Shown: one piece after another, positions 27,341 to 41,000 of the stretch
Position numbering within the stretch: position 1 is the first letter of the stretch
How the letters are laid out: each line of letters begins with the position of its first letter
NCBI GenBank assembly: GCA_949358305.1
Contig: OX442314.1
Span: 22,692,001 to 22,756,000 of the forward strand
Length of the DNA stretch: 64,000 nt
Reading direction: 5' to 3'
Source of the DNA: Strigamia acuminata
Taxonomy: Eukaryota
The notes under the pieces: model-generated
The model's database searches: none
Told to the model about the DNA's origin: nothing
The model's input: the letters and a program-made list of their open reading frames with translations, nothing else
Made by a program: the position numbers and the translations under genes

Positions 27341-29474
27341 TCGAATCGACTACAATAACTCCCCTCGCGTTCCCCCACAATCCTTTACACTGCCAGAATA
27401 ATTTTATTATATTTCTTTTTTCTTTTAATTTTTTCACACGCGAAATATTTTTATTTTCAGACAATTTCACCCGACATCAAATTCCTTCACATTTTCCAAT
27501 CTCAAAAGTTTAACTCGCTTTAACAACACTTGGATCGACAATTCCGCACGTTTCCGCCCTTTAAAACCTTCTTTTTCATCACTATTTATTCGGACACACT
27601 CCACCAACCCAACACAAGTCTGTTTGTTAATTGTTTTGCTCGCACGTGGTGCAAACTTTCCAGCTCACCACTCAAACTGCCTGGCTACTTCGTTATACGA
27701 GGCGTTGGCCCCAGTTACCCACTACAGGCCTCACTAAATCTGGGTAATTACACATCAAAATTCTTTTTTGTTTTTCCTTTACAAATGGGACCCGACAACT
27801 TTGCACGTGCGCATGCGCACTCAACTGTAACATTCATTTATTGTCCTACAATTTTGCTCCACTGACTTTAGATAAACAAAAAGTTAGCAGAGAAACAAAG
27901 TGGCACGAGGAGGGATGTGACTCTTAATTTTTTATCGTCTACTTCCTCTTACGCCAAAATCGCACTCGGGGGGTGAGGCCGAAGAGGTGCACGATACTGC
28001 AGGTAGCCTGAAATGAGGAGGAACGCGCGGCAAATACTCACATCACACCCGCAAGTAATGAAGTTGTGGTGAAAGAGAAGAAATAAAAAACCAATAAAAA
28101 GAAATAAACACAGTGTAGCCGCACACCGACAAACCTTATGAATTCACCTGGACCAACGCCCAAATGTTGCTCGTTTCGACCCATCTCCATCTCCTCATCC
28201 ATAAAACTTACCCCGAAAAGAAAAAAGAAAAGAAAAGAAAAGAAAAAGAAAAGAAAAAAAAAAAGAAAAAAATACCTCGGTGAGCAAGAAAACTGCCTTC
28301 AATTTAGAAATGTTCTTTTATAATTAGCCCTATTTGAATAACAAAATTAAATTTTCATTACTGAAACAGTTAAAACGCAAGTGAAAACAAACTAGCACAA
28401 AGAGCCAAGCAAACAATTAAGACGGAGCGCAGTGAGTGCCTACGAAATTTTTCTCAAATCAATTTACCTGATTTCCAAGTGCCTATAAAAGCAATTCTGC
28501 CTCTTTCTTTGGTTAAGTTTAATGGCCCGTTTTACATATACACAAAATGGCAACGCAGAATGCACTGATACCGCCATCTTCGATTGGATTGTCGTTCCGA
28601 ATCGTGTTCACTGCAAAACGCGACTCGTTTTAACACACTGCAACTTTTGCACTGCACAATTCCACTTTATTCCTCACTCAAACTTGGAAAACGATTATTA
28701 AAATTGCCAAAACATTGCAAAACAGAACTATATAACTTTATTTTTATTTATATACAAAGTCGACGTACGTCAGTTACTTTGCAGCACTGTCGTGTGACGC
28801 AACAAGAATCCACGACAAAACCTTTCCCAATCTTACAAAGAAAACCAATTACTCTTCCATATTTTTCATCATTTAACGGAACAACCTAAACAAAATAAAC
28901 AAATAAAGAAAAGAAGAAAAAAAATATTATTGATTCGCCCACTCCCCGTACTCCGCCCATTGCCAAAGCAACGCAAACATTTGAGCTGCATGTCCTGCAG
29001 ACCTGCAGTGTTTGAGAAAATTGCAATCTCCTCCCTTCTCTGCGCATCCACCGGCGTTCCTACGAGACGCCGCTTGATGCGCGCGCATTTTACGATCCAT
29101 TTCAAGTCGACAGCAAACGACACAAATCCATACACACCCTTTCTCAACCTTCCCCGCCTTAATTATGCAGCCCGCAGTCACGGGACTCTGTCCTTATCAC
29201 CTTCTACGTAAATATAACCCTCTTTGTTTATTCATACATTCTACATAAAGTCGTCCCTTCAAAAAAACAGATTCTGCATTAATTATGAAACCACTTCCAA
29301 TATCGAGCCCGACATCACGCTTATATCATATGCAGTGAGGGTGATCCAAACTGCATTGCTGGAAAACCCTCACTTCAAGTGGACAAATACTTAGAGCACA
29401 GCGCTTCAAAGTGGTGGTCCACCACGAGCACGAGGCTACCGGTCCTCCACTTTACCGTTGAAACGCAAATAATA

Positions 29475-30097
29475 CCGTCTTCCCCCGAAAATAACACCAT
29501 GGTGTTGTATTCGAATATACCACCGTTGTGTTATATTCAGCCAATATCATGTAAGTTTTCGAAAAAGTAAAATTGTTATTCATTCTTGTATTCATTATTC
29601 TGATTAAAAAAACAAAAAGATATATAAATTAACAAAAACAACGATATACTGTACATGTTAAATATTTTTATACAAATCTGAATATAACACCGTGGTGTTG
29701 TATTTGAAAACAATCAAAAATTCGAATATAACACCATCGTAGTGTATTCGAATAAAACACTATGGTATTACATGTATGTATTTATTTGTAACGGCAACCC
29801 ATCTATGGACAAAGGGTATTACAGTCAAAACTCTTTATTACGAATCGCAAAGGACCCAAAAAATCGATTCGTTATAACGAAATTGTTTAACATGGTGTTC
29901 TAAGGCCAGCCAACCAAACCGGTCATTTTTAGGTATTCGTTATATCAATAATTCGTTATATCGCGATTCGTTATAAAAAGTTTCGACTGTATACCTGAAG
30001 TGGTGTTATATTGGAATTTTTCAACAATGTTTCACAACTTACAGTTTTCAGAGAAGCTCTAATACAACACCATGGTGTTATTTTCGGGGGAAGATGG
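29475..30097. mobile_element. Tc1/mariner-type MITE (middle layer)
   Basis: TA|CCGTCTTCCCCCGAAAATAACACCATGGTGTTGTATT ... AATACAACACCATGGTGTTATTTTCGGGGGAAGATGG|TA, a 37-bp TIR with one mismatch. Confidence 0.9.
29822..29989. mobile_element. pogo/Tigger-like MITE, 168 bp (inner layer)
   Basis: TA|CAGTCAAAACTCTTTATTACGAATCGC ... GCGATTCGTTATAAAAAGTTTCGACTG|TA; a second left end lies at about 53009-53060. Confidence 0.9.
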
Positions 30098-33000
30098 TAA
30101 TCCACAAGACATGGAACAAAAAATACCAGTTCGCTACAATACATAGTTTGAGAAGCGCTGCTTTAGCAGGACAAATTTTCGGTGACGATTACCTATAAGG
30201 CAAGTTAGATACGTGCACAGAAGCTCCAAACGTTTAGGGCCCCAAGTCGTCCATCCTTTTTGTCAGAATTTTTTTTTTACCTCAAAAAGTTTAATTATTC
30301 TTAACTTGTCCAATCATACGGCCCAAAGACACCGAAGACCCCAGAGGATATTAATCTGCCACTGCAAATATTGTCTTCAAAAGCAATAAAAAGTATTAAA
30401 AATTGTTCAATCACCTTTGAAACTTAGTTAAAAACACTTTTATTCCCTTTCCGAGGAAACCCCTGGGTATTCGTGAAGTACTCATGGCTAAAACTCGCAA
30501 GTAAACAAACTGGAAGTCACCAATTTGGCTGAAAGTTTGCGTGCAATTAAAGAAAGAATAGAAACTCTCATTCTACTTTCGCGTAATAACATCCTTAATT
30601 TGAATAAAGATTAATACTTTTATTTTGCAACTAAAGTGCCGGTAAACAACTTAAATGTCAGCAGTTACTGTACGTCACCGTACAACGTGAATACGGTATC
30701 TCCTTTAATTCATATTAAGACTTTTCTTCCTGATTTCTCATAGTTTGCCGCATTTGTTGCCATAGCAGCAAAAAACCTATTCGCCTCCCGTTGCAATAAT
30801 AACAAATATTTGTTTTCCCCCTTTTCCTTCGAAATATCCTTCCACTTCGAATAGCGTCGAGATTTCAAACAATTTAAACGTGGCATTATATAATTAATGA
30901 CATTTAGCTATGAAGTAAACAAAAACTGGTGACATGCACACAGAATTACCTTTTCACTTCCCTTTAATTAAGAATGAGCACTGTGCTAAGGCTTAGCTTT
31001 ACGACTTTTCCTTCCCTCGCAATAAAAACTTTGTCTTTTATATCGTACAACAGAAACAAAAGATTGCATTCATTTTATATCTGCTGCTTTTAACTTATTT
31101 TTTTTATTTTTTATTTTAAAAAACATATATAGACTACAGTACACAACCAAGTATATATATGTATAAGTAAAACAAACGTGGTTTTCTACTAATAAAGGCA
31201 AGCACACAATCAAACGTGACCATTAAGAGCTTAGCACACGGTTGTAGGATCATGTGGATTAACTTCTAATGGAAATTGATTTGTTTCAATAATTTCTAGA
31301 ACGTTGATTTTCCAAGTCATGTAAACGTAATTAGATAAAACTGATCAATTGATCCATATTAGAGACATTAATCACAATTATAAACCAAACTAGTCTCATT
31401 TTCACTGCAACTAAACGAATTAGTTGCATTTCCAATCGCAGTTGACCATTTAAAACTCGTTTACCCACATCTGTAGATTCAAGCTCAAGTGGATATGTAC
31501 ACATACATACTCATCACAAATTCCAAGCCAAAACCCCTTTATCCAGCTTTATTCGCACTTTATTGCCTCCAAGCCGACATATACGACACAGATTTAATAG
31601 ATTAAATGGCAGACACTACTGAGCAACAACATCCAACATTTTGTTTACTTGTAGTAAAAAGACACACGTCATTTGGCCATGATTTAAACTTCCGAGTAAT
31701 GGACCCTTGCTGACTGTTGGGTCAAATGCTTTCCATTGTATTGTATCCACTTTGCACAAACAAGATAATATGCTTCATGCTGAAATACTGTTTCTACTCA
31801 AGCAGGACAAACTATACAATAAAAAAGGAAATTTCAACCTTGAGCTTGTCTCTTGTCTGTTCTCATAAACAGAAGATTTCCCTTTGCTTGATAAAAACAA
31901 TACAATATTTATTACTTATCAATTATCTTCTGATTTATTACATTACTGTCGTAGATGTCTGACACATTTCACTCACACGAATGCTTCCGAAACAGCAAAA
32001 TCATTGCAATAGATGCATTCAAAAACTGTCACTTATCTCCCTTAAGTGACTTCTAGAAGACAAAAGAAACACTAGAGGTTTCTCTTAAAAAGAGAATCCG
32101 CCTAGATTTGTTTACTCCTGAGCAAGAAATTCCTACAACTGTATCATACATTAGTAATTGAAGAAAAACTAGACGCATCCAATAAAGAATTAAAACAACA
32201 CAAGAATTAGCACTACTTGTTAACACGACTTGACGTTCTTGAAAGTAATGCTACAAGACAGCGAGATTCCCATGTTATTCAATGGGAATGACGTCACGTA
32301 CAAACACGAAACGAGTTTTGCATACGTTTTAGAGTTTTTGAATACACCTACTGTGTGTTAACAGGCATTGACGGTGTTGAATGAAACACGTGCTACAAGA
32401 TAACACAACTATTAAACACGAGATTCCCATGACTGTACATGTTTAACACAACCGTTGAACGCTTTATTGTACTCGTCTACCGTCAGCTTTCCAGTCAAGT
32501 TCTGAATGCACTTAATTTTTGCTAGGCAATACTTGTTACACATCAACATCCCTGATCTGGATATAAAACGTCAGACCAGTTGTTTCAACGAGTGCTGCTC
32601 AGCTACTATAATCAATTGATTCGACATCAACGATTTTCCTTTAGTGTCATACTAGTTAATGCTTCGTCCAAATTATTGTCAGAATGAAGGCAATGCAGAT
32701 GATTAATGACGCTAATCAAAATGGACGTGAAATAGCGCTAAATCTGTGCCGATTCCAGCAGATATAAAAATTGTAATTGCAATAATTACCAGAAATAAAT
32801 TCGCTCTTAAAAACCATTAAATTTCTAAGTGGAAAAACCCATTTAAAAAAATCGTTGGCTGGAATTTAAAACCAGTTTCTCGTTTTCCGAAACTGTCTGT
32901 TAAATTTTATCTGAAAAATATTCGTTGTGCGAATGTGATGAGGAAAAGAGGGTGGTGGAATAAAAGAGCAAGAAAAAAAGAAGAAGAAGAAGAAGAAGAA

Positions 33001-33563
33001 AAAAAGTAAAGGGTTCAGATGTGACAGAGGTCTTTTCCCTGATTGGCTCTCCACCCAGGCAATGAAAAGAGATCATTGCCTATTTAGGAGTGAAGCGGCC
33101 CTCATTCGACTGGAAATCTTCTCATTTGACTTGATTTAAAAACTTGGTCTTTTCAATGGACTCCAAAAACACTTTTTACAACAACCTCCAACTGTAAATA
33201 TTTTCTGCCTCATTTAGCCCCGGCTTGCATTTCGCTTTCTTATTTCTCATTCCTTTGCATTTTGTTGCCACGACTACCGTCAACTCAACACCTCCGTTTA
33301 CCCAGTCGGCAGTCGCAACATAACCCATTTACCTCATCGTCGAGAGGATTCTGTAAACATCTTCATCATCTACTTCTAACTAAGAATCCGTTGCTTAGCA
33401 ACTCCCAAAACTCTTAATCTTCCCATATCCTTATTAGTATCATTTTTCATCATGCAAATGTCAAAACATTGACGACGACAAACGATCAAAGAAAAATTAC
33501 TAATTTTTGCACAGTTTCTCCACTAAAGCAAAATTCCCTATCTAGATTTATTGACCACCCATA

Positions 33564-33880
33564 CAGTGGTGGAAAAAAGTTTGAGACCACTACAGGTTTC
33601 TTAGTTGCAAGTCAAATTTTGACTTGAAAATTTATTTACAGGTTTATATCATGACAATAAAGATTATTTCACTGTTTACAGCTTAGCAATTAAAAATCCT
33701 TCATTTTCACCCAATGTACGAATTACGGCCCACTTATTAGACTTTTACTCACTTTTTTGGTGATGGATGCTTCACCTGAAAGCATTAGACCAATTAAAAG
33801 TTCCACATTTAATTTGTGTGACAAACATATTGAGTTTGTTTATAAAATCCAAAACCAAACATAAACCACTTGGAAAACCA
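33564..33880 (+). mobile_element. Tc1-like element left end (fragment)
   Basis: TA|CAGTGGTGGAAAAAAGTTTGAGACCAC resembles a Tc1 terminus; no partner TIR found, so the right boundary is uncertain. Confidence 0.45.
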
Positions 33881-33883
33881 CTC

Positions 33884-34137
33884 TACCGCTCGCATCCGGT
33901 ATCTTGATGCCAAATTCAAACTGCGCATCCCATTCACATGATTTCCTAATTCCCGCCGTTATTTAGCAGTACTATATTAATAATGTTAAAATAAAGTAAA
34001 TAAACAACAATAAAATCATTAACAAAAGTAATTTACATCATAGTACCAAAATATTGACGCTTTATTCCCCTGTGTGCAACAAGCTAAACGCATGCAGAAT
34101 ATTATGTGCAGTTTGAACTTGGCATCACAAACTGTAG
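33884..34137. mobile_element. Diverged copy of the 14977-15277 hairpin MITE family
   Basis: CCGGTATCTTGATGCCAAATTCAAACTGCGCATCCCATTC ... GCAGTTTGAACTTGGCATCACAAACTGTAG; central AAATAAACAACAATAAAA/AAAAGTAATTTACA is the reverse complement of the 14977 spacer. Confidence 0.8.
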
Positions 34138-34747
34138 TTGTAGTTTCTGTTTCTTTCTGTTTTCAGTTTATGATTGTTTTTGTGTCCATTCTGTTTATCC
34201 AAACAAAACAAAGTATATACTTATAATTAAGCTTTTCGACAGTTTTCTAATGGTTAATATAAATTTCCCCACAGCGCTGACCCAGATTACAGTGTCCCAG
34301 TACACAGATTTGAGTTTAAAACCGATGAAATTGTTGCACTTATTGCTGACAACAGTTTTTCCACCTTAAGAATTATTTATAAACCCCTAAACTTTTTTCC
34401 TATCAGAAAAAAAATTCCCATTTGCAAGCATTCGTTTTAGAAGCAGCAGATGCTGCAACTGTGCACAAATGAAGTTGGCTGTCATATTTTTTCCCCTTTC
34501 TCTCATCTCAACTTTGCCCAACTTCAACTTTGGTTGAACACGAGAATGGGATGAAGAGGGAGGAGGGTAGACAAAAGGAATTATGGGAAGGCGTCTTAGA
34601 GTGCTTGTTACGCACAATGGCTCGAGGGAAAATTGATGCAACGCCCGCAGAAATCTTGCCTGCAGCACTTTAGCTTGCATCAAGATTGCGAAGTCTCCCC
34701 AGAAAAGAAAAAAAAATCTTGCAAATATATTTCAATCCACGACAAAA

Positions 34748-34764
34748 AATAATAATAATAATAA

Positions 34765-34807
<43 letters not shown>

Positions 34808-34808
34808 A
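34748..34808 (+). repeat. (AAT)n-(AAAT)n compound microsatellite
   Basis: aataataataataataaataaataaata... Confidence 0.9.
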
Positions 34809-37800
34809 AACAAAAAACAAAAAAACTTCTAAAAACAAACTTCTTAACCAACACCTTACCATTAGTCATTTCCAGGCTAAGAAAATAATTTGTCGACAAA
34901 CCCGCACCTTCAAAAGAAATCTCATTTACTTGCTTTCCTCAAACACTTTCATCGCCTTTGAGTGTTTGAACAGATCTCCAACCCTCCAATGACTAATAAT
35001 GTGGTCTTTGGTCTGTATCTCCATGTTAAACCAATGGGGATAAAGATCCTAGATATCAGAAGGTTAACGTGGCCCCTAGACGCTAATATGTACTATCTAA
35101 ATTAAAAACTTCCCACAGTAAGTGAATCAATTGTAACCTTACAATCTAGAACTCAAGTTAAATTGTTTGACAGAAATTGAAAATGAATTAACACACGAGT
35201 GTTAATCTTGTTTACGATTTAAATAAATAACTATAGCTACAATCAAACAGCCATTTGGGATTCGTGCTTAACATGAGCGTATGAAAAAGCAGTTTACATT
35301 TGGAATGGTCAAAACGGAAGCAGAAGTTTAATAAAACTATAATCTGTGACATTCTTTCAATTAAACTCTTGCGCTAACTAATACAAGATTGGTGCAATTA
35401 GCAAAATTAAGCGCATTCCAAAACATTTGTCCATCGGGTTTAGGTTACACAACTTGAACCGAGTGTCGTTACATATAAAACGGAATCGAATCGCATTACA
35501 GTTTTAGCTGACACCGGCTGCTGACAAGACCACTGGAAAAGAAGTGACATCATTAAATTTGACTCGACACCAGAGAAACTGGAAACGAGTGTTTTAGAAC
35601 AGCATCCCTGGTAAAACTTACAACCTTTCTAATGCAGCCAGAATGAAAATATATGTAGTTGAACGAAACAAGCTTGCAATTGGTTCGGTTTAGCTCGGTT
35701 TACATGAAAGCTGAAACCAAACTGAATTTTCAAAACGCCAATTCAAAGTGCCGATGTATGTTGTGTTCGAAAACTCTAAAACGCTCCGTTTCTGCCGTTT
35801 CGTGTCTGCAATTGTAACGTCATAATATTCTTACTGCACAAACACATTTATTGACAGCCATTGTATTATTGCTTCATACGTTCCCACGTACTAAGCAGCA
35901 GCAAAAATATGATTTTTTTAGATTCAATTTCTTATTTATTGTTCAGATTACATTATTGTTTAACTTCATGTAAGTTGTTTTAATTCAAAAATTTCAATTT
36001 ATCAGCTTGGTTGACGATCTGCCCCGAGCGGTAACAATAGCAACAATACAAGCATTCTCATTCTTACATTTGTAATGGCTGCAATTCACCAACCAACGTC
36101 AATGTCAAAAACACAATCACAGGGTTAAGTACCATAACAAGAAGTGACATCACTTTATTAACGTTAACCACCTACTGTAGCCCAGTTTCAAAGACAACAA
36201 TAAATAGCTTCTCACCTTAAAATTTGATGCAGAAAGTGAGTGGTATCAGTTAAAACTACACGCAACAGCCACGACAAGACTTATTGAATGCCGTTCTACA
36301 AGCTGCATTCCAACAGCCTCATTTAAGCAGGCCATTCTCTCGTTTCGATTTTGATACTATCATCACAAGTATCAAAGTTGGAAGTTACTACTTTTATGTT
36401 AGTGCCAGTAACGACGGAATTACTTTTTCGGATAACGGTCACAACACGTAGTCTCCTATAAAAATTGCTAAAGCGAGTGGAAGAAATCTTTTCTTCAACA
36501 ATCTCGCCCAAACACTTTTTCCATTCTGTATCATATTTGCTAATTCATTGAAAAGAAATGCAGTATCCTTTTTCCAGCCTCAAAACGAAAAGAAAACATA
36601 AAACTCCACTTTCATTTGCCACATGACTTGCCTGCAACCATTTTTTACATGTTTTTCTCCTCACTAACTTCACACGTCGTAATTCTGTATCATATTTTAC
36701 ACTAGTTTAGTGCAATCCAGTGCGTTCATGCATTCGCAATAGCCTCGGGCGTGGGACTTTGGCCAGGATTAAAGAAAAGGTTGCAACGGGGAGACGTGCT
36801 ACAATCATCTCCAATGTCAGACCGATGGCCAAATGCTATTGGACAAGCCAAAGTCCACGAGGATCACGCTCATGCTCCGAGGGCTTTGCCTTTTAAAGCC
36901 AAACGCAACGAAACCGACAAAAATGACAATTTTCTTCCCAACTAAGTGACAGCACACGTGCCCCGTTACTCCAGAAAATCGCTACCAAACGCGCACTGCT
37001 CGCTGCTTTGCTATTTTCATTTTTTCAAAACTCTTTCATGGCTACTAAAACAACCTTATACCGAACAATTGCGAACAAAACTTAGCGGTTAAATCGCAAT
37101 TTTTCGACACCTCTTTTCTCATTTATTGTGGATATTTTAAATAAATATTATTGAATCAGTTTGAAAAATTAATCAGACATTACTTGAGTGGTATATTTAG
37201 TAATCCTAAAAGAAAAATTTAATCAAAATATTGAAAGTTAATTTTTTTTCAAATCTTTCGTCGTTCCACAGACTTTATGAACGCAGCTTACAAGCACAAT
37301 AGAAAATTTTATTGAAATGCTTCACAAACTTATTGATATATACAAAAGGATGACGTTATTCTAATTTCTAAGAAAATTTCATTTCATTTTGTCTATTACT
37401 TTCGATTTCAAATTCCATCAGTTTCCCTTTTTATTTCCCAGACTTCTTTCCCCCTCCATCGCTGAGAAAAAAAAATCATAAATAATTCTTCTAATCAACA
37501 GAAATTGCTTTCAAAGTCAACCCATAACTATATATATTCCCTTCTCCTCCCACCAATTTTTTTTTATATTTTTACAAACAAACTCATAGAAAAATAGTTA
37601 CACAAAAAATGTTTTAAAAAAAATTAGTAGTCATAGCAACAGCCCCATTTTTCTTTCTTTCTTTCTTTCTTTCCTTTTTTTATTTTATTTTATTTTTTCC
37701 CTACCTTTTTCGCCTGTTTGGCAATAAGCAGAATTACATCCGTGCATCTGACCAACAATTGTTGCGGTAGTCATGGCAACGCATCAAATGATGGGCGTCA

Positions 37801-39276
37801 TGCCGTTTACAAATGGCGGATCGATGGGTCATTTTGCAGAGCGGTTTGAAATTGGATCGGCCGGTTTGAAGCGCGCTTTCAAAGTCTTATAACTCAAGCT
37901 TCACGGGATAAAAGAATAAAAAAAACTACCTCTTTATACCCACTCACTCAAACCCCCAACCTTAAATCCAATCCAGCCATACAATTCATCGTTATAACGG
38001 GGTTTACAAGGTAAGCGTTTTGTCTTCCAATGTTTATGACCCCCTTCCTCTTCCAATTCTACCTAAACACAACATCTCCACCAAAAAAAAAAATCCCAAA
38101 AAATCGGACGTTTTTCTTACCCGAGTTATCAATTTCTACTTAAAACATTTTAAAAAAAAAAAAAAAAAAACCAACAGTCCTCTAAAATAGAATATAACTT
38201 GATAACAAAGTATATGTAATAACAATAATAACAATTTATTGTTTCTTCATCCCCCAATAACAGTGGATCAAAAGAAAAATAATAAAAGCGAAAACGAAAC
38301 CAAGCCAAAGGGGGAAGCAAAGTTATGAATTTTTTATTATTCATTGTAGAAGTTGAGGAAGTAAGCAAAATTTTATCCTCCTTTATTGCCTATCACGTGA
38401 AACAAGTAAAACAAAATATATATCTATACAGAGATAGAAATATATATAAATATATATGAATAAAATAAATTCCTTCTTTATATTTCCAAACACTCATAAA
38501 AAATTCATATTCATGAGCTAACGTCATAATGCCCCATTTCCAACTAGACCCATTGCCCTTATGTTTTCTTTTATTATTTATTTCTATTATGTCGCTATAC
38601 AGTGCACTAGTCGTGTAGAAAGCGCAAAAAGAGGAAGGAGAAAAAAAAAATTTATCGTAGAAAAGTTTTACCCAAACCCAAGTACCTACTTAGATGTCAT
38701 TTGACTATACGGGCAAATGGCCAATAGAAATTGGTGCCATTTGTTTCGCCACGTGTAGAGGATTTTGTGTTAAGATGTGTTGTTTCTATAGTGCTGCACC
38801 TGAGCTTTTGCACCACTGCTTTATTCAGGGACTAACTTGTCTTCTGAAGGATTATAATGAGGCCCAACTTCAGACTTTATTTTAAGTTGTCAGAATTTGA
38901 AAAAAATGTTGTTTATCTCTCTTTGTAGTTAAGTTAAATAGCACTAAGAAGAAACTAATTTAGTGCGAGATTTGTTTATTCTACCTTTATGTCTAGGCAC
39001 ATTCAGGTGCAAATTCAAATATTACAGCCTTAAATGACTGGCTCGCATCATGTTTAGCACAAGTCGCTCGTTCGGTGACTTGTAAATGTTTTAAACTAGG
39101 GGTTCTCAAACTTTTTAACATTACGATACACTTTTTTGAAAGACAATCTACCGCAACCCACTTCATCCCCGACACATTCAATTTTAAACCAAAAATGACA
39201 TCATTTCCTGTTTAAACCCACGTTAAAACTTAAAATACACTTAAACTAAAATTGTTATTTTTATTTTTGAATGCAG

Positions 39277-39502
39277 CTATACTCTTGTTCGACTCAAGAG
39301 TATACCCTTCTCCCATTTGCTGAGCCGCATTACTCCTAACTCCAGTCTGTATTACCATAGAGCAAAAATCTATGGTATTACTACTACTAGGAGAAGTAGT
39401 TCTTATTTGTATTGTTATTGTAACGACATTTTTGGATCACTACACCAGTGATACGCCGGCCAATGGGAGAAGGGTATACTCTTGAGTCGAACAAGAGTAT
39501 AG
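39277..39502. mobile_element. MITE with 41-bp perfect, internally palindromic TIRs
   Basis: CTATACTCTTGTTCGACTCAAGAGTATACCCTTCTCCCATT and its exact reverse complement at the right end; interior homologous to 57204-57412. Confidence 0.9.
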
Positions 39503-40816
39503 TGATATTTAAGACCAGTTAAAACATTGCTATTGTGCCTTTGTTGTCTTCACTTTTGCAATTTATAACTTTGACACATTCAATAACTTTTTGTGATAAA
39601 CAATGCTTTAAAATAATTTAAATGATTGGATAGATAACCGCATTTAGATACTGTTTCTAAAGTAAGAAAATTTACCACCCATCTCAACTGGTTTTTCTGT
39701 GGTTTCTCCAGTGCAAATGTAAGACTGAATCCTTAAGAAAGTTATCCCAAAGATCGCAAAAATGGGCTTATCAATCAAATCAATTTAAGAGGTATAAAAT
39801 CCTCCGCCTCTGTATCGATTTGTGGGAATAAATTTTATTCCCACCGGTATGTTAAAAAAAAAAAGGATCGAACCAAGCCTTTGCAATTTTCGGTCAAGTA
39901 GGTTAACAAACAACTGTGCCATCCACGAGTCCACCAAATTACAGCCGTATGTGTAGTGACATGCAAGCCTCCATCCGGAGTGAAGGCAATGCCAATTCAA
40001 TGTCAGCACCTAAGGCTGTTTAGAGCTGGCTTTCTGTGATTTGGTGAAGTCATGGATAGTGTAGCTGCCTGTTGGTTTATAAGCTTACAAACAAAATATG
40101 CCCGTACAAAGCTTATTGGATCTAGTTGTAGGCGATTGGACAGTTGAATTGTGTAACGTTTTCAGTAATAACCAGTTATAACGCTTCGATAGATCGTACA
40201 GTCGTGGACAAAAAAAAACTTCCCGTCAGTTTAGCTGTTTTAAGTTTATCTACCAGGTGGCATAAAAATCTATTGAGATTCAATGACATTAATGCCGTTG
40301 AATATTAAACCAAACAAGAAATCAGTTTTCACCCGGTCAGTTTCTCCCTACTACTAGTACCATCTTTCCTTTGCGCTAACTTCTATCATTCTAGTCGGGC
40401 CTATTGCACTTTATTTCACCTTCCGAGAATAAAATTTGACTTTGACTAACCAATTGCCAAGGATAATCATTGCAGTTTGAGACCAGCTGTAGATAACACA
40501 TTACAGCCTCGGGTTGGGTAGTTTCTTTGGTGGTTGAATTGTTGAGGAAAAAGATTTAGAGGGGGCACAGTATGAACTACGTTGGGAAGGGATTGTTTGT
40601 TGTGTTTTTAGTGCCATCTTTTGATGAGATTGGCTTTCTATTATGGTACTGTTTATTCCTGGAATTGTTTTCTATCGTGCTATTGTTTCTTCTGGTTATT
40701 ACTTCCGTCACATGAATGGTGTTGGTGGTGGTGTCCTCCTAGAAGTAGTTCTACGTCAAAAGGGGAGACCACTGTACAGCACATATACCATATTATTCAT
40801 TTCTTGCGTATACAAT

Positions 40817-41000
40817 GTATTTTATCGATTAAGAGCCGCGGCTCTTATTCAAAACTGCTGTTTTTGTCAGCAATTACAATTTCGGTGTTTCGTTTGTTAC
40901 ATTTGTTTAATGTAACAAACGAAATCTGAACGTCACAAACGAAGCGTATGTTCATCGTTCGTGAGGTTATATACGATAACAATACCGTACTTTTGCAAAA
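40817..41000 (-). mobile_element. Tc1/mariner-type MITE, family B (TIR CCGTATTTTACCGATTAAGAG), partial
   Basis: Closely matches 62551-62715 in the same orientation and 44700-44853 inverted. Confidence 0.85.

Larger units (their letters stand above)
29399..30159 (+). mobile_element. hAT/Charlie-like MITE (outer layer of a nested set)
   Basis: Left CAGCGCTTCAAAGTGGTGGTCC and right TTTGAGAAGCGCTG; TSD only partly preserved (TTAGAGCA / CTTTAGCA). Confidence 0.55.

Noticed and set aside
27953..28006. Possible minus-strand micro-exon (tcctcctcatttcag ... GGC|gtaaga)
   Set aside because: No frame resembles AGBL4 or any protein I recognise; such splice-like pairs arise by chance in a long intron.
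36323..36560. Protein-like ORF (GEIVEEKISSTRFSNFYRRLRVV...)
   Set aside because: No recognisable family or convincing splice sites; left unassigned pending BLASTX.
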